IMG/VR virus record: IMGVR_UViG_3300033183_000017
Location: 1-57,190 of that record
Reading direction: 5' to 3' (one strand)
Source of the DNA: a virus
DNA: 57,190 nucleotides
Both the position numbers and the translations under genes were made by a program. A model generated the notes under the pieces. It did no database searches. It was not told where the DNA came from and saw only the letters and a list, made by a program, of their open reading frames with translations. Below, piece after piece: positions 17,506-23,913 of this stretch. Within the stretch, counting starts at the first letter, position 1. Every line of letters starts with the position of its first letter.

Positions 17506-17727
17506 TTAAACGTTTGACCAGCATTTACCGTGGAACTCGTTACTATCCACCCATCTATTAAACTCTTCCTGCGTCATTAGCTTTGACAATTCATCCTGTA
17601 ATGCGCCGTACATTCTACCCTCAAACTTAAAGCAGTGTTCACCTGATGCTAATTCCATCAGATAGTATGCCCGAATGAATGTTTTAATCAGCTTCACTCT
17701 TGTTTGCTCTTCCGTTTTCATTTTCAT
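17506..17727 (-). CDS. first gene of the leftward arm, hypothetical protein (71-73 aa)
   Basis: Track ORF. GAAAGGA lies upstream of ATGs at 17727 and 17721. Confidence 0.55.
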   Translation of the reverse strand: MKMKTEEQTRVKLIKTFIRAYYLMELASGEHCFKFEGRMYGALQDELSKLMTQEEFNRWVDSNEFHGKCWSNV

Positions 17728-18079
17728 ATCCTTTCAGATTGTCCATAAAGCGGGATAGTCTGAACGTATCCCACCAAAAGAAAATCTGTTGTCCGTGTTT
17801 TGCACTTTCGCTTGCGCTAAGTCTCATTTGCCACACGCCACCCTTTCAGCCATGGACGCCCATTGTGAGACTGCATGTATATCATGCCACGTCACGCCGT
17901 TTGCCGCCTATCGGTGCAAGGTAGTCGCAACCACCAAGGGAATGTTTTTGAATATTGTCGGTGCCACCATTCCGTAGAACCACCAAGGGGCCGAGGCCAA
18001 TTTCAAATAACGTGGGCGTTTTTTAAGTCGGTGTCCGATCCGCGTCCGATGCTTTGTTTTGTTTTCCTTTCGTGTTTTC

Positions 18080-18180
18080 GTTTTTGTTGAATTATTGATC
18101 GCAAATTAAAAAACGATTGTAAATAACTTTTTTCAACTATTTTATAAGTTATTGATTTTAAACGATTCTTTTTTTAAAAG
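18080..18180. other. AT-rich block with short direct repeats (candidate DNA-unwinding element)
   Basis: TTATTGAT occurs at 18092 and 18149, and AACGATT at 18112 and 18161. Runs of A/T are visibly richer than any flanking sequence. Confidence 0.4.
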
Positions 18181-18246
18181 TTCCTGTTTTGTTCTGCTTG
18201 TTCCTGATTCGTCGCTGATTCGTTTACGTTTTGTTCCCCATACTTG

Positions 18247-18400
18247 ACGCGGGGTGTGCGTAGGCGCGTTACGCGTGTGTGTGTGCGTACGCCTACGCGC
18301 AGCCGAGTGCGCCCGCGTCCGGGCGTGTGTGCGCATGTGCGCGGGTACGCGCGTGTGTGTGTGCGCCTGCGTGTATGCGCGCGAGGGTGTTCGCGTTATG
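18247..18400. repeat. GC-rich alternating purine/pyrimidine low-complexity tract, (GT)n/(GC)n-like
   Basis: Text such as CGCGTGTGTGTGTGCGTACGCCTACGCGC...GCGTGTGTGCGCATGTGCGCGGGTACGCGCGTGTGTGTGTGCGCC. Inverted repeat 18258..18266 / 18290..18298 has a (GT)5 loop. Confidence 0.85.
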
Positions 18401-18789
18401 TTCGCGCATGAGAACAAATGGTGAACAAATAGGGGGATTTTCGGGTACTGTTTTTTCATGGGGTGACATACCCGAAAAAGTGTTTGCGCACTGTGGACCC
18501 CCTTACAGACGCTCTCTGACGTTTTCACGTTTTGTTCCGCTACTTGTTCTTGCTTTGTTCCCCGACTCGAAAGCGTTACAACATTTTGACGGGGTGGCCT
18601 TTTTGGTAACGCTTTATGGGGGTGTGGTATTTGTGCATCACTCTTGCAAAAAGGACACACTGTTGCAAAATTACCACATTTCCCGGCCTTTTTTACGCTA
18701 GATTGACGCCATATCAGTAGGTAAACGCAATAAAAACAACAACTTAGCAGGTAAAACCCTCTGAAAAATACTAAAATGCCTTGCTTTGA

Positions 18790-18823
18790 GGGGGGCGGGC
18801 GAGGGCCACGCGGGGGTATGGGG
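18790..18823 (+). other. G-quadruplex-type motif
   Basis: GGGGGGCGGGCGAGGGCCACGCGGGGGTATGGGG has five G-runs of 3 or more with short spacers. Confidence 0.5.
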
Positions 18824-18950
18824 TTACGTGTATATGTACAAACACACAGAAGTGATTTTTAGAAGCGCAACCTATAGGTGTGTTGTATACAAAGTGGTGC
18901 AAATAGGCCACACTCTAGAGAAAAAACACAGAGTTATACGGAATAGGGGA

Positions 18951-18978
18951 TTGACTAGGGGTGTTTTGTGAATATAAC
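18951..18978 (+). promoter_or_regulatory. main rightward sigma70-like promoter TTGACT-N16-TATAAC
   Basis: TTGACT is at 18951..18956 and TATAAC at 18973..18978. It shares the extended context GTGAATA(C/T)AACT with the promoter at 34144. Confidence 0.55.
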
Positions 18979-18996
18979 TGCGGAGCAGGAGCAGCA

Positions 18997-19146
18997 CTGT
19001 TACACTCTAGTGTTACTACTCTTATAAAAGTATAACATATTAGAAAGTTAGACTTAGGATAGAGTTAAGACTTGTAAGTGTTACAGTGTTGCTGTATACT
19101 CTCAGGCAAGTAACACGAATAATAGTAACAAATAAAAGTGTTACAC
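18997..19146. repeat. cluster of (G)TGTTAC / GTAACA(C) motifs in the leader of the rightward arm
   Basis: Direct copies occur at 18998, 19010, 19078 and 19138. Inverted copies occur at 19110..19116 and 19125..19130. Confidence 0.8.
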
Positions 19147-19148
19147 TA

Positions 19149-19228
19149 CTGTACGTGACATATTTTGCGTGTGTCTCTTCCTCATGTCTCCCCTTCCGCA
19201 TGTAACTTGTGTCACGTACAGCCTTTTT
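19149..19228 (+). promoter_or_regulatory. attenuator-like element: perfect 12-bp inverted repeat followed by a T-run
   Basis: CTGTACGTGACA (19149..19160) pairs with TGTCACGTACAG (19210..19221), then CCTTTTT (19222..19228). It ends 14 nt before the GTG start at 19242. Confidence 0.4.
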
Positions 19229-19241
19229 GAGAGTTGTAACC

Positions 19242-19910
19242 GTGAAGCTGCCTTTCTTTAACCGTGAACGCTACGTTGTACTTAGTGCATACACCCCTGT
19301 GGAGTACTTAGTGGACCATGCGCCAGTGTGTTTAAGCTCTAAAGCTATACCAGAGTTTAACCGTACAGGTAAATACGACAGAAGTTTCAAGACATGTCAC
19401 GGATATATCGCATCTCTTAAACGTTCAGCTACTATCTTAGCTCCGTGTGACTTTGAAGTGACTGCTACTAGCGAATACTTTGAGTATCGTTGGCCTGAGC
19501 AGCACCATATGTCTGTACAAGAGCATAAAGACCCGCAATACCAGAGCCATACTGTACATGTTACGCAGTTAGGGCTACCCTTTGCTCTAAGATGCAACAA
19601 GAAAGACGTTAACTTTGTAGAGAGTAGGCACGTTCTTAACGATACGCACATGATTGTACCTTCCGGGGTAGCACCTTTTCCGTATGGCGTTAAGTACAAC
19701 CCGTTTAACTACATACCTAAAGCAGATGTGTCCTACACTGTGCCATTCAGGAAGCCTATCGTAGCGTTATACCCACTGTCTGACCTACCATTCCACGTTG
19801 AGTGTCACTTCGATCCAGATAAGTACCATCAGTATAGGGAATCTTGTACTAACCAGTCTAAGTTTAAGGGTTACTCCTACGCTCTAAGCAAAACAAAAGG
19901 TTTAGACTAG
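19242..19910 (+). CDS. paralog 1 of an unassigned three-member family
   Basis: The alignment with the paralog N-termini begins at GTG 19242 (VKLPFFNRERYVVLSAYT, compared with MKLKIPYLKRERYIVLKVYT). The open frame extends to 19209. Confidence 0.7.
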   Translation: MKLPFFNRERYVVLSAYTPVEYLVDHAPVCLSSKAIPEFNRTGKYDRSFKTCHGYIASLKRSATILAPCDFEVTATSEYFEYRWPEQHHMSVQEHKDPQYQSHTVHVTQLGLPFALRCNKKDVNFVESRHVLNDTHMIVPSGVAPFPYGVKYNPFNYIPKADVSYTVPFRKPIVALYPLSDLPFHVECHFDPDKYHQYRESCTNQSKFKGYSYALSKTKGLD

Positions 19911-19911
19911 G

Positions 19912-20583
19912 ATGAAACTCAAGATACCGTACCTAAAACGAGAACGCTACATAGTCCTCAAGGTATATACGTCTTTGCACTACCTAGCAGAGAAAGCACC
20001 TATAGTTGTATCTAAGAAAGCTGTACCTGCGTTCCCTGATATAGGGCCACGACAGTCAGGATTCCAAACGTGCTACGGATTTGTGGGGTCACTCAAAAGA
20101 TCGGCTACTATATTCTCGCCTTGTGACTTTCACATGACGTGTGACGGAGAGGATTACGTTTATACGTGGCCTCCTCAGATGGACTTTCACGTAATAAACC
20201 ATAATGATCAGCAGTGGTCACCCCGGGATATGTTTGTATCTAAGCTACGCATACCTTTTGCAGTAGAGTGTAACAAACCAGAGACACACTTTGTCATGGG
20301 TAGTCATATTCTGAATGACACAGAGATGCACATACCCACAGGCGTAATCACATTCGATCACATGGCTGATTGTAATATCTTTAACTATATCCCAAAGAAA
20401 CCACTAGAATACTTTGTACCCTTCAAGAAACCTCTAGCCCAGTTATATCCTCTATCAGACCTACCTCTTCATGTTGAATGTGAGTTCAACCTAGAAAAGT
20501 TTGAATCTTTGCGGAGACTTGGTGAAAGCAACTGCGCATTTAGAAACTCACACCTGAAGTTGATGAATACGAAAAAACTATAA
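19912..20583 (+). CDS. paralog 2 of the same family
   Basis: Shares FxTCxG...SLKRSATI, ILNDT.M..P.GV, NxFNYIPK, YPLSDLPxHVEC with paralog 1. Confidence 0.75.
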   Translation: MKLKIPYLKRERYIVLKVYTSLHYLAEKAPIVVSKKAVPAFPDIGPRQSGFQTCYGFVGSLKRSATIFSPCDFHMTCDGEDYVYTWPPQMDFHVINHNDQQWSPRDMFVSKLRIPFAVECNKPETHFVMGSHILNDTEMHIPTGVITFDHMADCNIFNYIPKKPLEYFVPFKKPLAQLYPLSDLPLHVECEFNLEKFESLRRLGESNCAFRNSHLKLMNTKKL

Positions 20584-20591
20584 AACAAAAC

Positions 20592-20619
20592 TTGACAATG
20601 CGAAACAAGCGAATACAAC
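20592..20619 (+). promoter_or_regulatory. sigma70-like promoter TTGACA-N16-TACAAC inside the paralog array
   Basis: TTGACAAT-N11-GAATACAACTATA here is nearly identical in layout to 34144..34176. Confidence 0.5.
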
Positions 20620-20879
20620 TATATGCATCTGATAACGTTATAGAAGAGTTCTACGATGCAATCGCAGCTAATGATAGTCGTAAGCTCCGAAGAATACACA
20701 TACCTAAGTCTGATGTTTTCTACGTTAGGGCTGCGATAGAAGCGGATACTGGTGTAAGGTACACTCTTGACCATGTAGAACGCGCGATGTATCTTGAAGG
20801 GCATCTGAAACGCACAGAAGTGCTAGACCCTGATAGAGAGCGTGAATATGAAATTGAAGGTACCGTTTCTAAACTTTAA
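20592..20879 (+). CDS. possible 95-aa ORF between paralogs 2 and 3 (doubtful)
   Basis: Track ORF with a TTG start. Its first 28 nt are the promoter-like element and no SD is seen. Confidence 0.3.
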   Translation: MTMRNKRIQLYASDNVIEEFYDAIAANDSRKLRRIHIPKSDVFYVRAAIEADTGVRYTLDHVERAMYLEGHLKRTEVLDPDREREYEIEGTVSKL

Positions 20880-21546
20880 GAACTATGTGGTGCTAAAGTG
20901 CTACACAGACAACGGGATGTTACACTCAGCGTTTCCTGTCACACTATCGGCAAGACAGAGTGTTATAAAGACAGACCCTGCTAGACCCTACGGTTTTAGA
21001 ACTTGTACAGGTCGCACAGCAACACTTAAGCGATCAGCTACTATACCCATGTGGGTAACTTACGATGTAGATGTCAGAGATGGTGATGCTTATGTGTTCA
21101 AAGCTGACGAACACCCAGACCTTTGTAAGTTAGATTGGGTACTAAACGGCGATGCCTACATGGGTTCCGATAAGCTAGATCACATGTTGATCATGAAGCT
21201 AGACTCACCGTGGTGGTTTGAAGAAGAAACAGGTGTAGACTTTCTGTATGCACCAAACATACACAATACGACTAGGTGGCATTCACCGTCAGGAATACTA
21301 AACTTTAAGTATCAACACGCAGTTAATCTGTTTAACTACATTCATGTAGCCAGTAATCACCAGTACAGAGTTATAGCAGGTACACCTGCAGTATCGTACT
21401 ACCCGCTGACAGACAAGAAACTGTATGTAGAATCTATCTACGATGTGGACAAAGTTAAGTACTTGAAAGACAAATGTACTACACGCCCTTTTTGGGGTAG
21501 TCACGCAGACAGAGTAAAACAAGCTATATGTAGTCATGCTAAGTAG
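20848..21546 (+). CDS. paralog 3 (more divergent) of the same family
   Basis: MKLKVPFLNFKNYVVLKCYT, FRTCTG..ATLKRSATI, NLFNYIH, YPLTDKKLYVES. ATG 20848 was chosen by alignment with paralog 2. Confidence 0.7.
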   Translation: MKLKVPFLNFKNYVVLKCYTDNGMLHSAFPVTLSARQSVIKTDPARPYGFRTCTGRTATLKRSATIPMWVTYDVDVRDGDAYVFKADEHPDLCKLDWVLNGDAYMGSDKLDHMLIMKLDSPWWFEEETGVDFLYAPNIHNTTRWHSPSGILNFKYQHAVNLFNYIHVASNHQYRVIAGTPAVSYYPLTDKKLYVESIYDVDKVKYLKDKCTTRPFWGSHADRVKQAICSHAK

Positions 21547-21745
21547 ACTGGGACTTGTACTAATACTAGCGGGTTGTAATACAGTAACATATACAGCATC
21601 GTGTCCTCTGGGTGATGACGTATGCCAGAGAAACCAAAATGCACAAACCCTTGCTATCATCGGACAAGAAGAAGCCGCACTGCAATTACTTTGTGAAGAT
21701 AGTACTATCAAGCGTACTCTTGGCGACAAGTGCAGTGGCGGGTGA
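21536..21745 (+). CDS. small Cys-rich lipoprotein
   Basis: MLSRLGLVLILAGC carries a canonical lipobox (L-A-G-C). The mature part has four more Cys. Confidence 0.65.
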   Translation: MLSRLGLVLILAGCNTVTYTASCPLGDDVCQRNQNAQTLAIIGQEEAALQLLCEDSTIKRTLGDKCSGG

Positions 21746-22394
21746 TGTAACAGGCGACTTCTCTACCAGTAACGAGAATAGCACTGTAGATAGCAACAAC
21801 GTATCTAATACGTATAATGGTGCAGGTAGCTCCCCGGGTTCACAGCCTGTTATGTCAGCAATAGCCCCAACGGTTATGGGCGGTGGCGGTAATGATAGCT
21901 GCTTAATACCAAAGTCTAACGGTATATCCTTAAATATAGTTGGACTATCTAACGGATACATGGAACAGGACGAACACTGTAACCGTAGAAAGAATGCCAG
22001 ACTACTAGGCGCACCACAAGCAGTAGGTGGACTAGGACTACAGGTATCAGCCATATCTGTGCTATGCCAAGACCCTACCGTGTTTCGTAGTATGATGTTA
22101 GCTAATACGCCTTGCCCAATTAGCGACACTACGACAGGAAGACTACTTATGGGCAAGAAAGCGATAAACAAATACCGTGAGAATCCAGAGCAATACATCG
22201 TAGGTTATGAACTGGACAAAGAATTTTGGGATGCCTTGTTAAAGGTAGAAGAGGAAGATTATGAAATACTCGAAGCTCTTGCAGACGACGAGCCTAAGCT
22301 TAGCCTTAGTGACCGCTTCCGTAGCAGCAAACGCAGAGATAAACCAGAGCTACGAAATGACGGGTCAGGAGAAGATCGAAGCTCTGATCAGTAG
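21639..22394 (+). CDS. secreted protein (signal peptide), unknown function
   Basis: ..KIVLSSVLLATSAVAG|DVTG is a signal-peptide-like segment. Start candidates are ATG 21639 and GTG 21693. There are conserved Cys pairs and a Gly/Ser-rich N-terminal part. Confidence 0.55.
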   Translation: MHKPLLSSDKKKPHCNYFVKIVLSSVLLATSAVAGDVTGDFSTSNENSTVDSNNVSNTYNGAGSSPGSQPVMSAIAPTVMGGGGNDSCLIPKSNGISLNIVGLSNGYMEQDEHCNRRKNARLLGAPQAVGGLGLQVSAISVLCQDPTVFRSMMLANTPCPISDTTTGRLLMGKKAINKYRENPEQYIVGYELDKEFWDALLKVEEEDYEILEALADDEPKLSLSDRFRSSKRRDKPELRNDGSGEDRSSDQ

Positions 22395-23097
22395 CATCAA
22401 CGATATTCAAGACCGTCTTGTAGATGGTACTATCCGTTCTGTAGGTGCTGTAGGTTATGCTGCTATTGGCGGCGTTATCGAAGATGGTGTGATGAATGAC
22501 TCGTATATCACATCAGAAGAGTTGAATGCGTACTTAAGCGCACGTGACGCTGTGTTGCAGCATGACTACGCTATCGCACAAACTGCAGAACAAATGTTTA
22601 TGCAGGAACACGCAGCGGCGATGAACAGTTTAGCACTAGCTGTAGATGATCTTACAGCAGCGACATCCGTAATTATGACTGCAGTAGAGGTAGCATCTGT
22701 AGCATCTGAGGCTGATACTAAGCCTGAACAAGTTGAGCTACAGGGTATGCTAGAGACAGATACCTACAGTATTGACGCAGCAGAGGTCAACGACTATAAT
22801 GAATCTGTAGCAGCAGTCGAAAACTTTGCCCAACAAGCAGGTGCTTTCATGGCGGCTGCTAATAATGATGAACTAACAGCTAGTATCGACAGCTACGCAT
22901 CTCAAGGCAACTTCTTGGTGGGCAGCTACACAGCTATTACGTACACACAGAGTGTAGACGAGTTTGTGATTACATGGGCTGACTCAGGCTTTGGTACTGG
23001 TTGGCAGGGTTACTTAGGTAACGACATGAAGACAGCAGCAGATGTCTACGGCGCAGGTGAGTACATCGAACAATATGGTGGGTACCCAACACAGTGA
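22261..23097 (+). CDS. secreted protein (signal peptide), unknown function
   Basis: MKYSKLLQTTSLSLALVTASVAANA|E is a classical Sec signal peptide. Confidence 0.65.
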   Translation: MKYSKLLQTTSLSLALVTASVAANAEINQSYEMTGQEKIEALISSINDIQDRLVDGTIRSVGAVGYAAIGGVIEDGVMNDSYITSEELNAYLSARDAVLQHDYAIAQTAEQMFMQEHAAAMNSLALAVDDLTAATSVIMTAVEVASVASEADTKPEQVELQGMLETDTYSIDAAEVNDYNESVAAVENFAQQAGAFMAAANNDELTASIDSYASQGNFLVGSYTAITYTQSVDEFVITWADSGFGTGWQGYLGNDMKTAADVYGAGEYIEQYGGYPTQ

Positions 23098-23639
23098 GCA
23101 TGGAATTCAGCATCGGTGGATATAATATCAAGGGATGGATGGTCGCTGTCGCTCTCCCTGTCCTATCCTCTGTTGCCGGGGGAGTGTGGTGGTCCTACGA
23201 CACCTTGCAGCGGTTCTACGGGGTTGAAGCTGGTATTCAAACTGTAGTAGCTAAGTCTGACGAGTTTGACAGACGTTCAAACGAACTAGAATCTTTACTT
23301 GTAGCAGCAGAGAATGATCTGAATGCAAAGGTGGTAGATGCTAGAAGTGTTGCAAAAGAGCAACAGTCTGCGTTAGAACAAAAGTTATTACTTCGTATTC
23401 AGACACTAGAGCAAGCTATACAAGATAACGATGTACGTGGTCTAAACCAAAAGCTTGCACAGCTAAGCACAAACATGACGCAGATACTTGAGCAGCAGAA
23501 AATCTTGCTAGATTTGCGGAGCCAAGTAGATAAAGCTACTACTGTTACAGATAGCTTGGATGACACACTTAAAACGCTACAGACTGAGATTGATGACATC
23601 TGGAAAGCGTATGACGAACTAGTAGATAATCCCTTATAG
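23094..23639 (+). CDS. type II membrane protein with long coiled coil (i-spanin-like architecture)
   Basis: An N-terminal TM segment GWMVAVALPVLSSVAGGVWW is followed by heptad-rich L/Q/E sequence. Confidence 0.6.
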   Translation: MSMEFSIGGYNIKGWMVAVALPVLSSVAGGVWWSYDTLQRFYGVEAGIQTVVAKSDEFDRRSNELESLLVAAENDLNAKVVDARSVAKEQQSALEQKLLLRIQTLEQAIQDNDVRGLNQKLAQLSTNMTQILEQQKILLDLRSQVDKATTVTDSLDDTLKTLQTEIDDIWKAYDELVDNPL

Positions 23640-23646
23640 GTGAGAC

Positions 23647-23913
23647 ATGGCTAAACCCGCAAAAGGCAAAATGTTTGCCAAGACAATAACAAACCCAAAG
23701 ACAGGACGTAAGAAAACTGTATCTTACGGTCAGGCAGGTAAAGCTAAAGATGGTGGTAAGCGTATTCGCCCCGGTACATCTAAAGGTGATTCTTACTGCG
23801 CACGTAGTGCAGGACAGATGAAGAAACATCCTAAAGCCGCTAAAAACCCTAACAGCCCTCTACGTCTGTCACGCGCTAAGTGGAAATGTAGTGGAACTAA
23901 AAGTCGTAAATAA
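23647..23913 (+). CDS. small lysine-rich basic protein
   Basis: 88 aa, K/R/G-rich, with ..VSYGQAGKAKDGG..KGDSYCARS..AKWKC. It recalls a small-protein family seen in marine phages and giant viruses, unverified. Confidence 0.6.
   Translation: MAKPAKGKMFAKTITNPKTGRKKTVSYGQAGKAKDGGKRIRPGTSKGDSYCARSAGQMKKHPKAAKNPNSPLRLSRAKWKCSGTKSRK

Noticed and set aside
17700-18090. Short plus-strand ORFs (17700..17924, 17789..17977, 17875..18090) upstream of the leftward arm
   Set aside because: They mutually overlap in three frames, have no SD, and have odd composition. They are more likely chance ORFs in regulatory DNA.
18142-18701. Track ORFs 18142..18660 (-) and 18279..18701 (+), 172 and 140 aa, in the control region
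   Set aside because: Their sequences (HTHTRVPAHMRTHARTRAH.., CAYAYAQPSAPASGRVCACARVRACVC..) are low-complexity read-outs of the GC/GT tract. They overlap each other on opposite strands, use GTG starts and have no SD. I treat the region as non-coding.
18189-19146. Possibility that the TTGTTC or GTGTTAC repeats are a CRISPR-like array
   Set aside because: The repeats are only 6-8 nt long, irregularly spaced and in mixed orientation, and no cas genes are present. They fit iterons, operators or RNA pairing elements instead.
21536-23639. Calling the lipoprotein and the coiled-coil membrane protein an o-spanin/i-spanin pair
   Set aside because: The architecture is compatible, but the genes are not adjacent, embedded or overlapping as in known spanin pairs, and no holin or endolysin is nearby. 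I kept it as a hypothesis inside a finding, not as an annotation.
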